From a virus (lineage: Duplodnaviria > Caudoviricetes), in IMG/VR virus record IMGVR_UViG_3300021957_000133, positions 1-35,966 of that record: a stretch of DNA of 35,966 nucleotides; one strand, 5' to 3'. Shown here piece by piece: positions 1 to 9,180 of the stretch (its first letter is position 1; every line of letters starts with the position of its first letter). The position numbers and the translations under genes were made by a program. The notes under the pieces were generated by a model, which saw nothing but the letters and a program-made list of their open reading frames with translations, ran no database searches and had not been told where the DNA came from.

Positions 1-2
1 TT

Positions 3-1154
3 AACGAGAAGAGGAATAAGATACCTACTATTACGGAGATCAAGTCTTATCTTATTACTGATGATATGAAAGAGTCTTTCAAAGGGCTAGTCAAGTCATT
101 TTCAGATATTGATAAGCATCTTGATAAAGATGAGTTGTATGAAAATACAGAACGATTCTTAAAAGAGAAAGCTGTATACTATACAATGCTAAATGTAGCT
201 GAAGATGTTGCATCTGGTGAAGTAGATACTTCAAATGTATTAGATAAGTTTGAAAAGAGTTGTAATATTAGTCTAGTTACTGATCTCGGTTTAGATATTC
301 ATGGTGATATTGATCATATCATCGAAGATATGAATACTGTTCAAGATAAGATACCCTCTAATTGGGAATGGCTTGATGATGCTTTAGATGGTGGCTTTTT
401 ACAAGCAGGTAAGTCGTTATATGTCTTTGCTGGTGAGACTAATATTGGTAAGTCTATCTTCCTTGGTAATGTAGCTACTAATATTGCTAATCAGGGTAAG
501 AATGTATTGCTTATTACTCTAGAGATGTCTGAGCTACTTTATGCAAGACGGGTATGTACTAATATATCCAAGATTCCAATGAAAGAAATGGCTGTTAATG
601 GTGCATCTTTGAGAGCTGCTATTAAAGAAGAGCCAGGTCAGATCTTTATTAAAGAGTTTCCTCCTTCTACTGTAACTCCAGGTCAGATACAAGCCTATAT
701 TAAGAAGTTTGGTGATCAAGGTATTCAGTTAGATGCTATAGTTATAGATTACCTTAATTTAATTCACTCTGCTGTAGGTACTAACTCTTATGAACGTATT
801 AAGAACGTTACAGAGAAGTGTAGAGCAATGTCTTACCTATTTAACTGTCCTATCATTAGTGCTACTCAGTTGAATAGGGCTGGTTTCGATCAAGATAATC
901 CTGATCTAGCTACTATCTCCGAATCTATTGGCTTGGCTGCTACTGCTGATGTTATTATGTCTATCTTCCAGAATGATGAGGATAGAGACTTGGGTATTAT
1001 TAGGTTAGGTATGATGAAGAATCGTTATGGTCCTCGAGGTATGACTCAAGCGATGCGTATTAAGTACGAAACTTTAACTATTGAGCAAGCAGATGATGTA
1101 GATCTCGAAGAAGATGATACTGCATTGCAATCACTAGCCGCATTCAGTAGTTGA
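3..1154 (+). CDS. gp41: T4 gp41-like / DnaB-family replicative helicase (5'-truncated; frame open from position 3)
   Basis: Walker A AGETNIGKS, LLITLEMSE, IKEFPP, Walker B IVIDYLNL, SATQLNR, ISESIGLAATAD, MKNRYG; lies in a T4-like replication cluster. Confidence 0.93.
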   Translation, partial: NEKRNKIPTITEIKSYLITDDMKESFKGLVKSFSDIDKHLDKDELYENTERFLKEKAVYYTMLNVAEDVASGEVDTSNVLDKFEKSCNISLVTDLGLDIHGDIDHIIEDMNTVQDKIPSNWEWLDDALDGGFLQAGKSLYVFAGETNIGKSIFLGNVATNIANQGKNVLLITLEMSELLYARRVCTNISKIPMKEMAVNGASLRAAIKEEPGQIFIKEFPPSTVTPGQIQAYIKKFGDQGIQLDAIVIDYLNLIHSAVGTNSYERIKNVTEKCRAMSYLFNCPIISATQLNRAGFDQDNPDLATISESIGLAATADVIMSIFQNDEDRDLGIIRLGMMKNRYGPRGMTQAMRIKYETLTIEQADDVDLEEDDTALQSLAAFSS

Positions 1155-1178
1155 TTTACATGAAAGGTAGGCTAAATA
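1151..1178 (+). promoter_or_regulatory. Promoter: TTGATT-N16-TAAATA, 6 nt before the GTG start
   Basis: Same geometry as the other TTG-N16 promoters; -10 box equals the TAAATA late-type box. Confidence 0.5.
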
Positions 1179-1184
1179 TTCTAG

Positions 1185-2060
1185 GTGAATATATTGGTCT
1201 TTACAGATAACGATCTCGATGGCGCAGGCTCGGCATTATTACTAAAGAAGCTATTTACCGGTCATGAAGTTATTATTGTTGATACTACAGAGTGGAATAT
1301 TCTAAATGAATTTAAAAGTCGTTGGAATACATTAGACCATTTTGATAAGATATTTGTTTGTGATCTTTCCTTAAGCGAAGAACAAGCTGAAGCAATTAAT
1401 CGTGATAATGTTGTAATAATAGATCATCATGCATCACATGTTGAGCATATTGCAAAGTATACTAAAGCTAAAACTATACTAAAAGAGTATAGTTCATGTA
1501 CAAAGCTAATTGCTGATAAGTTTGAAGCTAAGTTAAACTTAACAGATGCTCATAAAGAGCTTGTTGAACTTATTGATCAATATGATAGTTGGTCATTTGA
1601 CTTTCCAAAGGAAATTGAACCTGCAAAACTAAATGCAATCTACTATGGTTATAATAGACCAAAAGTAAAACAGTTTATTGAATCATTTGCTGATGGGTTA
1701 AGAGAATACACCCCTCATGAAAAAGGTTCTATAAAATTATTTTTTAAACGGTTTGTAGAGCAACTTGATAGTCCAAAGTTTGTTGTACATGGTAAAGAGA
1801 ATAAGATTGTATCAACGTTTGTAACTACTACAGTTAATGAAGTAGCAAATTACATAATTGATAAGTATGATGCAGACATTGCAATCATGGTTAACTTAGA
1901 TCGTAAGATTGTTACCTTTAGAAAGAGAAAAGGATGCAAAGCTCATTTAGGTGAGTTAGCAGAGAAGCTCTGTGATGGTGGTGGTTCTCATAATTTGGCT
2001 GGAGGTAAGCTTGAAGATAAGTTTATGGCCTTTAGTCAAAAATTTACACCCATTGAATAA
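1185..2060 (+). CDS. DHH/DHHA1-family phosphoesterase
   Basis: TDNDLDGAGS, CDLS, IIDHH, IDQYDSW and C-terminal GGGSHNLAGG motifs. Confidence 0.85.
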   Translation: MNILVFTDNDLDGAGSALLLKKLFTGHEVIIVDTTEWNILNEFKSRWNTLDHFDKIFVCDLSLSEEQAEAINRDNVVIIDHHASHVEHIAKYTKAKTILKEYSSCTKLIADKFEAKLNLTDAHKELVELIDQYDSWSFDFPKEIEPAKLNAIYYGYNRPKVKQFIESFADGLREYTPHEKGSIKLFFKRFVEQLDSPKFVVHGKENKIVSTFVTTTVNEVANYIIDKYDADIAIMVNLDRKIVTFRKRKGCKAHLGELAEKLCDGGGSHNLAGGKLEDKFMAFSQKFTPIE

Positions 2061-2359
2061 TGCAGCCACCAAAAATACAGTCACCATCTGGTAATATAGC
2101 CACTCAAGAAGTAGAACATCTACTATTATGCTTTTGTACTTTCTGTTGTTTGCTAAAAGGTAAGAAACTATCACCGCAAAATGTATTTGTGCTAATACTT
2201 AAAGAATCTAAACTGCGAAATATACTTAAAGTGCTACTAACTGTTGATAACAACTTTGAACTAGTTACTTTATTCCTTAAGTTTGAGCCGCAGATTGCTG
2301 AATCCAAGTATATAACTAAGTACTTGAATCAAAATAAGACAATCTTTCAAGAAGATTAG
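2060..2359 (+). CDS. Hypothetical protein, 99 aa, Cys cluster LCFCTFCC
   Basis: TAATG stop-start coupling with the DHH gene; fills the gap to the next promoter. Confidence 0.7.
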   Translation: MQPPKIQSPSGNIATQEVEHLLLCFCTFCCLLKGKKLSPQNVFVLILKESKLRNILKVLLTVDNNFELVTLFLKFEPQIAESKYITKYLNQNKTIFQED

Positions 2360-2387
2360 TTGATTATTACACTTAAGTGTCTATAAT
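2360..2387 (+). promoter_or_regulatory. Sigma70-like promoter TTGATT-N16-TATAAT
   Basis: Intergenic; -10 box ends 8 nt before ATG 2396. Confidence 0.7.
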
Positions 2388-2395
2388 ACTTATAG

Positions 2396-3046
2396 ATGGT
2401 AAGTGAGCGTGAGAAGCAGATATATAATAGCTATTTATATGCTACTAGATCTGCTAAAAACCAACCTACAAAGTTTAGAAAAGACTTTAGTAAATTAAAA
2501 GATGAGGATTTTATAGCTCTTAAGAAGTTATCAGGCTTTTTCAATAAGCATACACATATTAACTATAGAGATTGGTTTGCTGCACCATTTGAAGTTTACT
2601 CTAAAGATGAGTACTTCGATTTAAGATTTTTTAATACACGTAAGGCATTAAGATGCTACTCGTTGTATATGAAAGAAAAGGAACTATCTAATCCTGATAC
2701 AGAAGAGAATATTAATACTCTTAAAGAAGGTTTAAAGTTCATTTATAATTACTGCATTGATAGTAATATCTCTGTTGATCAATATAAAACACATATAACA
2801 GGTAATATGCCGACTTGCCTCTTGCATTTACAAGAACATAGGTTAACATTTTACTTAATACATGCATTGGAGGTTGAACATACAATTAAGTCAGTTGAGA
2901 ATAGTGTTCTTAACTTTATTGTTCAAGACTTCCATACAGTTTTCGCGCGTACGCGCACAAAGTTCTCTGGCTCTGCAACATACAAGTTAAAGGCCAAAGA
3001 TGGTATAACCAAAATAAAAACAATAGTTGAAACAAAACAAAAATAG
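2396..3046 (+). CDS. Probable T4 gp59-like helicase loader
   Basis: 216 aa, basic, immediately upstream of gp32 as in T4; segments LKKLS, ALRCYSLY, LKFIYNY, LQEHRLTF resemble gp59 as recalled. Confidence 0.55.
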   Translation: MVSEREKQIYNSYLYATRSAKNQPTKFRKDFSKLKDEDFIALKKLSGFFNKHTHINYRDWFAAPFEVYSKDEYFDLRFFNTRKALRCYSLYMKEKELSNPDTEENINTLKEGLKFIYNYCIDSNISVDQYKTHITGNMPTCLLHLQEHRLTFYLIHALEVEHTIKSVENSVLNFIVQDFHTVFARTRTKFSGSATYKLKAKDGITKIKTIVETKQK

Positions 3047-3054
3047 TATACAAT
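3027..3054 (+). promoter_or_regulatory. Sigma70-like promoter TTGAAA-N16-TACAAT
   Basis: -10 box ends 9 nt before ATG 3064. Confidence 0.6.
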
Positions 3055-3063
3055 ATAATAATT

Positions 3064-3909
3064 ATGAGTGCGTTTAATATGTCCATGTTCGAAAGTATCA
3101 AAGGTGCCTTGGCTTCTGATTCAAAAAAGCAATCCAAGTTCTCTGAGATCATTCAATGTAAGCCCGGTAATACATATACCGTCCGTTTACTTCCTTACTC
3201 TCCATCACCGGTAGACACCTTCTTCCATTATTATAATATGGGTTGGGTTTCCTTCGCTAATGGTCAGTATGTCCAGACTCTATCTCCTCAAACGTTTGAA
3301 GAGCGTTGCCCTATTCAAGAAGAGCGTTTCCGTCTCTCTCGTATGGGTACTGATGAAGAGAAAGAGAAAGCAAGTGCTCTCCGTCGTATGGAGAAGTGGC
3401 TTGTTAATGTCTTTGTTGTAGATGATCCTACTAACCCAGATAATAACGGTAAGGTTAAACTTCTTCGTTATGGTAAGCAGCTTCAGAAGATTATTCACGA
3501 AGCTATCGAAGGTGAAGACTCAGAAGAGTTCGGTGCTAAGGTATTTGATCTCGGTGATGATGGTGTTAACTTTAAAGTTAAGGTCGAGCAGCAAGGTGAT
3601 TATCCTACTTATGTTAGTTCACGCTTTACTGGTGTAGGTAAACTTGGGCTTGATGAAGAGAAGCAGAAGAGTATCTATGATAGTGTACATAACCTTAAAG
3701 ATGTATTTACTCTTAAGTCTACTGATGAGCTTAAGCAAATGCTTGATGAGCATTTCCATGTACGTGATTCATCCACTGATAGCGCCCCGGTAGTTGAGAG
3801 TAGCTCACCACCGTTTACTCCTGATCCAGCACCAGTTGCAGAACCAACACCAGCACCAGTAGCAGATACTTCAGATGCTGATATCGATGACCTTCTAGCT
3901 GACCTGTAG
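3064..3909 (+). CDS. gp32: T4 gp32-like single-stranded DNA-binding protein
   Basis: VRLLP, CPI, NVFVVDDPTNPDNNGKVKLLRYGK, GVNFKVK..QGDYPTY..SRF and acidic tail DIDDLLADL. Confidence 0.92.
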   Translation: MSAFNMSMFESIKGALASDSKKQSKFSEIIQCKPGNTYTVRLLPYSPSPVDTFFHYYNMGWVSFANGQYVQTLSPQTFEERCPIQEERFRLSRMGTDEEKEKASALRRMEKWLVNVFVVDDPTNPDNNGKVKLLRYGKQLQKIIHEAIEGEDSEEFGAKVFDLGDDGVNFKVKVEQQGDYPTYVSSRFTGVGKLGLDEEKQKSIYDSVHNLKDVFTLKSTDELKQMLDEHFHVRDSSTDSAPVVESSSPPFTPDPAPVAEPTPAPVADTSDADIDDLLADL

Positions 3910-3913
3910 TATT

Positions 3914-4450
3914 ATGAATGAGAATATGACACCAGAGGCGAAGGCCGCAGTTATGAATCTCATGGGTACCACGTATGGTCAAATGAAGAAGCATGATGAT
4001 ATGATTGTTGGCGCATCAGGTAATTTAAGTCCGGCTGCTCAACAGATGCAAGCCGCAGTTAAGAATCTTGCGCAAGTACCTACTATATCTCAAGAGCAAT
4101 ATCAGGCGCAGCAAGCTGGTCAACCAATGCCAGCGCAACCCGCACCTGCACCGCAAGCTGCTCCTGCAGCACCGGCTCCTGTCGCTGCACCTACTGCAGT
4201 ACCAGCAGTGGTAACACCAGAGCAAGCAATAGCGGAACTACAAGCACCTGCAACACCACAATTAGAGGTTAATGCGTTTGCTCCAGTTGAACAAACACTT
4301 GAGTTTGACTTTAGCGAGCCAAGCCAAATGGATAAATTGCTGGATGCTATTAAAGAAAGTAACTTGCTATTAAAGGATATTAAAGTACAATTAGAGAAAG
4401 TAGATGTCAGACCAAAACGTAAATCAGCTAAATCTAAAATCGCCGAGTGA
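3914..4450 (+). CDS. Hypothetical protein with Ala/Pro/Gln-rich linker and C-terminal helix
   Basis: 178-aa ORF between gp32 and gp45; overlaps the next gene by 47 nt. Confidence 0.75.
   Translation: MNENMTPEAKAAVMNLMGTTYGQMKKHDDMIVGASGNLSPAAQQMQAAVKNLAQVPTISQEQYQAQQAGQPMPAQPAPAPQAAPAAPAPVAAPTAVPAVVTPEQAIAELQAPATPQLEVNAFAPVEQTLEFDFSEPSQMDKLLDAIKESNLLLKDIKVQLEKVDVRPKRKSAKSKIAE
4364..4391 (+). promoter_or_regulatory. Sigma70-like promoter TTGCTA-N16-TACAAT embedded in the upstream CDS
   Basis: Same 16-nt spacer; 12 nt before ATG 4404. Confidence 0.45.
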
Positions 4451-5135
4451 ATTTCTAAAGTTCTTAGACTCTTTATCAAAGATAAGTGAGAGTGCTATTA
4501 TTACTGTAGATCGAGAAAAAGTATCAAGTTTAGTATCATCACCTGACAGTACGTTAATTCTACACGCGCAGGTAAGTATGGAATCCGGATTCTATGATAC
4601 TCTTAATATTCCTGATGTTAAGAAGTTAACTAGAATTATTGATACTGTTGGTGGTACTGACTTAAGTCTTAGCATTAATTCTAATAATATTGAGTATAAG
4701 GGCAATGGTCTTAAGTTTAAGTACCATTTATTCGATGAAGGATTCTTAACTAAGCCGAGTCTAAATTTAGATAAGATTAATGCATTTACGTATAATGTTG
4801 AGTTCGACTTAACTAAAGATACATTGCAGAAGATCTTTAAAGGAGCTACCTTTGCGTCAGAGACTAATAAGATCTATTTCTATGCTGAGAGTGGTAAGCT
4901 TATGGCTGAGTTAACTGATAAGTCGCGTCATAATACTGATAACTTTGGTTTACAAGTAGCAGATGTTGATTTCGAACTTAGTCCTATTCCGATTAATTTT
5001 GATAATGTTAGATTGCTAACTAATATAAGTGATGTGTTTAAAGTACGTATTAATACTGAATTCGGTGTTGTAGTATTTGAGACTGAAGCCGCCGGTATTA
5101 AGCTGAAATATATTATCTCATCTTTAACAGCATAA
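4404..5135 (+). CDS. gp45: T4 gp45-like / PCNA-fold sliding clamp
   Basis: 243 aa; LNIPDVKKL, FKYHL, EFDLTKDTLQKI, DNVRLL, LKYII pattern; replication-cluster context. Confidence 0.75.
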   Translation: MSDQNVNQLNLKSPSEFLKFLDSLSKISESAIITVDREKVSSLVSSPDSTLILHAQVSMESGFYDTLNIPDVKKLTRIIDTVGGTDLSLSINSNNIEYKGNGLKFKYHLFDEGFLTKPSLNLDKINAFTYNVEFDLTKDTLQKIFKGATFASETNKIYFYAESGKLMAELTDKSRHNTDNFGLQVADVDFELSPIPINFDNVRLLTNISDVFKVRINTEFGVVVFETEAAGIKLKYIISSLTA

Positions 5136-5518
5136 TGTTATCAGATAAAAATAGAAATAAACTAAGGACTCCTGGTTATTTTATCAAACGTCTTAAGGAT
5201 AGTGGTTTTGCTACCCTTAGGATATTTGATAAGTATGGTGAGCATGATGCGCGTAGATGGACTATACTAGTTGACCCGAGTGGTGTGTCTGTTTACGTGA
5301 CTTGCTTTGAAAATCTTCCGTTTAAAGATGAGTTCTTGTTTAGTTTCTCTGATGGAGGTCAGAGATTTAAAAGAGGTTATGTGTTAAAAACTAATTCAAT
5401 TGAAGTTGTAGTTCAGAGATTACTAGATCATGGCTGCCAACAAGTTGAAGATAACGACTTTTTGACTAAATATAATAAGGATGGAAGAGAACAATCAGGA
5501 ACCAAAGAAAACAGCTGA
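5135..5518 (+). CDS. Hypothetical protein, 127 aa
   Basis: TAATG coupling to the clamp gene. Confidence 0.75.
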   Translation: MLSDKNRNKLRTPGYFIKRLKDSGFATLRIFDKYGEHDARRWTILVDPSGVSVYVTCFENLPFKDEFLFSFSDGGQRFKRGYVLKTNSIEVVVQRLLDHGCQQVEDNDFLTKYNKDGREQSGTKENS

Positions 5519-5813
5519 TGATGAAGTGAGAGAGTTGATTGAAGCAGCTCTCAATCTTCAACCTGAAAATTTGCAAAAATATAAAAGTGAAAAAGAACTT
5601 CGTGAGAAGTTAAAATCGGTTGTATCAGAGTATCTAGATTCGTTCTATATATTCGGGTATGATATAGAAGGTAATACTGTATTAGTTAAAGGAGCTCACT
5701 CAGACCAACAAATGGATGCATTGGATACACTTGCTATGCGATTAATTATAGCAGGTAATTTAGGTGGCACTTATGGTACTGGCGGCTATAATAAAGGTGA
5801 TGGACCCTATTAA
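5481..5813 (+). CDS. Hypothetical protein, 110 aa
   Basis: ORF preceded by TAAATA (5467-5472) and AAGG. Confidence 0.7.
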   Translation: MEENNQEPKKTADDEVRELIEAALNLQPENLQKYKSEKELREKLKSVVSEYLDSFYIFGYDIEGNTVLVKGAHSDQQMDALDTLAMRLIIAGNLGGTYGTGGYNKGDGPY

Positions 5814-6048
5814 GAAGAGAGAAATGTATGCCGTTAATAACGGTGACTATGTTGGTCAAATGTTTGCTGTTATTGCAGTAGATAAAGATAACGTCTCCTG
5901 TCTAAGTATGCCAAGTATGGAGAACGTTGAAGTTCCTTTAGATAAGTTTGATCTCGGAAGGAACTCTGATATAATAACATTAGTGGAAAAGCTTTCTAGA
6001 GATATTTGGAAAACCTGCGAGGCTCAATATAACAAAAATACTAAATGA
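5800..6048 (+). CDS. Hypothetical protein (start uncertain; ATG 5800 preferred over GTG 5764)
   Basis: Fills the gap; ATGA overlap with the RNase H gene. Confidence 0.65.
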   Translation: MDPIKKREMYAVNNGDYVGQMFAVIAVDKDNVSCLSMPSMENVEVPLDKFDLGRNSDIITLVEKLSRDIWKTCEAQYNKNTK

Positions 6049-6917
6049 GTAAAACTTTAATTATCGATGGTAACAATCTTATACATCGAACTTTTTGGAC
6101 TGCAAAGAACCAAGTTAAAAAATATAATGAAGGTGATTTAGATAAGATTGCAGGTTTGCATATCTACTTTACTCTTAATGCTATATTTTCTTATGTTAGA
6201 AAGTATAAGCCTACACAAACTATATGTGTATGGGACTACAAACCTGATTATAAACCTAATGTTCGTAAGGATCAGTTAGATGGTTATAAAGGTAATAGGT
6301 CTAAGGATAGTTCACCTCATGAACAGAATGAGATTATTACAAGACTACTATCACAGATTGGTATTAAGTCGATATTTCCACGTGAACGAGAGGCAGATGA
6401 TATTGTAGCCTATATATGTAAGACTTTTGAAGGTAAGAAAGTTATTGCATCAGTAGATAAGGACTTTCTACAGCTTGTGAATAGTGATACTATTATGTTT
6501 GATCCTATTCGTAAGCGTGAATATAGTCATGATACGTTTGTTGATGATACAGGCTATACTATGGAAGAATGGCTACCTGCAAAATGCTTGTTAGGTGATA
6601 AATCTGATAATGTACCAGGAATTCCTCGCTTTGGCAAAGCAAGAGTACGTAAGTGGCTTGATAAAGAGTTACAGCTTACCGTGGAACAAGAGGAGATCTA
6701 TGAGAAGAATATGACTGTATTCAATCTCTGTGAAGTAATGACTCATAAAGCGGAGGCTGACTACTATCAAGAACAACTTGATGTAGATATTCAATATGCA
6801 TGGTCAGAATTTTTATATGAATGTGAAGAGCTTGAGCTTAAGAATATTCTTAAAAAGAAGGAAGACTGGTATAGTACTTTTATATTGAGTCATAGATTGA
6901 CTTCGATGTTTAGTTAG
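6045..6917 (+). CDS. rnh: T4 RNase H-like 5'-3' exonuclease / flap endonuclease
   Basis: LIIDGNNLIHR, YKGNR, EADD, SVDKDFLQL, LLGDKSDNVPGIPRFG (H3TH) motifs. Confidence 0.92.
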   Translation: MSKTLIIDGNNLIHRTFWTAKNQVKKYNEGDLDKIAGLHIYFTLNAIFSYVRKYKPTQTICVWDYKPDYKPNVRKDQLDGYKGNRSKDSSPHEQNEIITRLLSQIGIKSIFPREREADDIVAYICKTFEGKKVIASVDKDFLQLVNSDTIMFDPIRKREYSHDTFVDDTGYTMEEWLPAKCLLGDKSDNVPGIPRFGKARVRKWLDKELQLTVEQEEIYEKNMTVFNLCEVMTHKAEADYYQEQLDVDIQYAWSEFLYECEELELKNILKKKEDWYSTFILSHRLTSMFS

Positions 6918-6924
6918 TTATAAT
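6897..6924 (+). promoter_or_regulatory. Sigma70-like promoter TTGACT-N16-TATAAT
   Basis: -10 box ends 5 nt before GTG 6930. Confidence 0.7.
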
Positions 6925-6929
6925 TAGTT

Positions 6930-7967
6930 GTGTTACTTACACTTCCAAGAGAGTATGTTGTAGCTAAGTTCTACGAGTTTGGTAGAAGCCCTTACTACAA
7001 TAGATTCAATAACGTATATCAATGCTCGTGTCCCATTTGTATGGAGTCACCAAAGAAGAAGCGTTGCTACTACTTACCTGAGAATGATAACATATATTGT
7101 CATAATTGTGGTTGGTCTAGTAAGCCGTTCAAGTGGATTAAAGAAGTAAGTAATTGTAGTAACTCAGATATTATTGAAGAGGTAAAGGATTATGAAGTTA
7201 CTATTGATATTACTAAGGATGATGAAGTTGTAACCAAAGTACAAACGGAGACACTACCTAAAGATAGTATTAACCTATCAGATAAGATACAGCAAGACTT
7301 TTATAATAATAATTTAATCGTTAAAGCGTGTAATCATATTATTAAGTCGAGAAGACTTGATACTGCAGTCAATAGACCAGATAATCTTTATGTTTCATTA
7401 ACTGATAAGGTTCATATGAACCGGATTACAATACCCTTTATAAATGAACATGGTGAAATCGAGTTTTATCAGACCCGTACAGTAAAAACATCAGACTTAA
7501 AAACGAAACCGAAATATCTAGGTAAGGTCGGGGCTGAAAAAACGTTATTTAACATTGATAAAGTATCAAGTGATCACGATAAAGTGTATATCTTTGAAGG
7601 TCCTATCGATGCATTCTTTGTTCGTAACTCTGTTGCAGTAGCTGGTATCACAGAACGTGGTAAGTCATTTACCAAGAGGCAAGAAGAGCAGATGAATACT
7701 ACTCTTAAATGGTATGATAAGGTGTGGATACTTGACTCTCAATGGGGTGATAGAGCATCTATGATAAAGAGTGAGGCTTTACTTAAACAGGGAGAGACCG
7801 TGTTTATATGGCCAGAAACACTGGGTAAGAAGTATAAAGACTTTAATGACCTAGCTCGAGCTGCTAATAAAAATGAGATTAGTTGGGATTGGATACAAAA
7901 AAATACCTTCGAAGGACTCGAAGGTATTGTTAAGATGACTGAAATTAAAAAGTATACTAATGCTTAA
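6930..7967 (+). CDS. gp61: T4 gp61-like DNA primase
   Basis: Zn finger CPIC..CHNC, RITIPF, KPKY, TOPRIM IFEGPIDA and WILD, KDFND. Confidence 0.92.
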   Translation: MLLTLPREYVVAKFYEFGRSPYYNRFNNVYQCSCPICMESPKKKRCYYLPENDNIYCHNCGWSSKPFKWIKEVSNCSNSDIIEEVKDYEVTIDITKDDEVVTKVQTETLPKDSINLSDKIQQDFYNNNLIVKACNHIIKSRRLDTAVNRPDNLYVSLTDKVHMNRITIPFINEHGEIEFYQTRTVKTSDLKTKPKYLGKVGAEKTLFNIDKVSSDHDKVYIFEGPIDAFFVRNSVAVAGITERGKSFTKRQEEQMNTTLKWYDKVWILDSQWGDRASMIKSEALLKQGETVFIWPETLGKKYKDFNDLARAANKNEISWDWIQKNTFEGLEGIVKMTEIKKYTNA

Positions 7968-8401
7968 ACCCCTTTGAGTATAGGATTCTCAGATTGAGCA
8001 AGATAGCCTCGAAAGGTCTCATTAAGAGCAGCAAGATCGGTAGCTACTTTAGATACACGACGTTGCTCACCTTTCATTTTATCAAAAAGTGTATCTGGTT
8101 CAGCATTACCAATTGCATATGCAATAGAGTTAGGATCGTTACTATCATTAAGGCTTTTAAGGAACGTATCCCCACTCTCTATCCAACCTTTAAGTGTGTT
8201 AACCATAGCAGCGTTTGCTTCACCCATTGCCTCTGCAGCTCTAACAGCAGGATCAACTTCAGCAATCTCAGTATCTGCTTCCATGTCTACATCAAAATCT
8301 TCTGCAGAAGTATCATCGTCAAGCTCAAGCTCGAAAGCTTCTTTCTCGTCTTCGATATCTTCTGTGATAGCTTTAAAGAATCTCTTTTCAAATTTACTCA
8401 T
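7964..8401 (-). CDS. Acidic hypothetical late protein, 145 aa (start ATG 8401)
   Basis: TAAATA box 5 nt upstream of this ATG; N-terminus MSKFEKRFFKAITE. Confidence 0.75.
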   Translation of the reverse strand: MSKFEKRFFKAITEDIEDEKEAFELELDDDTSAEDFDVDMEADTEIAEVDPAVRAAEAMGEANAAMVNTLKGWIESGDTFLKSLNDSNDPNSIAYAIGNAEPDTLFDKMKGEQRRVSKVATDLAALNETFRGYLAQSENPILKGV

Positions 8402-8406
8402 GTTAA

Positions 8407-8428
8407 TATTTAGTCTAGGGCATAAATA
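8407..8428. promoter_or_regulatory. Back-to-back TAAATA late-type boxes
   Basis: Minus 8407-8412 (5 nt to ATG 8401); plus 8423-8428 (7 nt to ATG 8436). Confidence 0.65.
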
Positions 8429-8435
8429 ATAATAC

Positions 8436-8762
8436 ATGAATGTTGCAAGTAATCCGTATTATGTTGGTCCAGCCAAGAATCCTGTTAATGCTCAACTAAG
8501 TGTTAAAGATCAGGAACTTAAATATAAGGACGACGAAAAATTTCAAAAAGCCCCACCTATTATGCCACACGAACTCGAACAGATTACTGCTACTCTTGGA
8601 AATACATTCGTATCATTAGCTGACTTACAACGCATGCTAGAGAATGTTAAGCAAAATGAAACTGTAGATGAAAAGCATGTAAGCGAACTACAGGATAAAA
8701 TCGATCGCATTAATAATCTCATACTTGAACTACCAGAAGAACTCGCTAAACTTTCATTATAG
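8436..8762 (+). CDS. Hypothetical coiled-coil protein, 108 aa
   Basis: Heptad-like C-terminal half; own TAAATA box. Confidence 0.75.
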   Translation: MNVASNPYYVGPAKNPVNAQLSVKDQELKYKDDEKFQKAPPIMPHELEQITATLGNTFVSLADLQRMLENVKQNETVDEKHVSELQDKIDRINNLILELPEELAKLSL

Positions 8763-8765
8763 TAG

Positions 8766-8793
8766 TTGCAACTATTAAAAAAGACACTATACT
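8766..8793 (+). promoter_or_regulatory. Sigma70-like promoter TTGCAA-N16-TATACT
   Basis: Intergenic; 7 nt before ATG 8801. Confidence 0.65.
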
Positions 8794-8800
8794 ATAGTAT

Positions 8801-9172
8801 ATGTTTAGATCTCTTTTACTAACAGCAATTGTATCAACGTTATTTGCTTTCGGATTAGCAGACTTGATGGGATTCTGGCATGCCTTTGCTCTTACAACAG
8901 GTGTACAATTTGTAGTTTTCTGGTTTGTTAATTCTTTTAATGTAACTAATAAAGAAGCGTTATATGCGGAGTTTGAGGGTGAAATGGATGCTGTATTATC
9001 TCTAAGTAGAGTATCAGCTCCATGCCCTTGTGGTGATTATACTTTCGATGTAGATGTTTTCGCAAATACGGAGAATGTCTTTAGATGTCCTAAGTGTAAT
9101 AATAATGTAGAATTAGGAATGATGAAGACGCCTATTCTACAAACTAATCCAAATGAGGTAACAGGAGAATAA
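8801..9172 (+). CDS. Membrane protein with two hydrophobic helices and a C-terminal Zn ribbon
   Basis: Hydrophobic residues about 4-43; CPCG...CPKC. Confidence 0.75.
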   Translation: MFRSLLLTAIVSTLFAFGLADLMGFWHAFALTTGVQFVVFWFVNSFNVTNKEALYAEFEGEMDAVLSLSRVSAPCPCGDYTFDVDVFANTENVFRCPKCNNNVELGMMKTPILQTNPNEVTGE

Positions 9173-9180
9173 ATACTTAT

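Noticed and set aside
2060-2359. gp33 late co-activator call based on position upstream of gp59
   Set aside because: No recognisable gp33 similarity or C-terminal LDFL motif
7994-8429. Plus-strand ORFs of 139 and 77 aa
   Set aside because: Antisense to the acidic minus-strand gene, which has its own promoter box and more natural composition; the same applies to the other short antisense ORFs in the track
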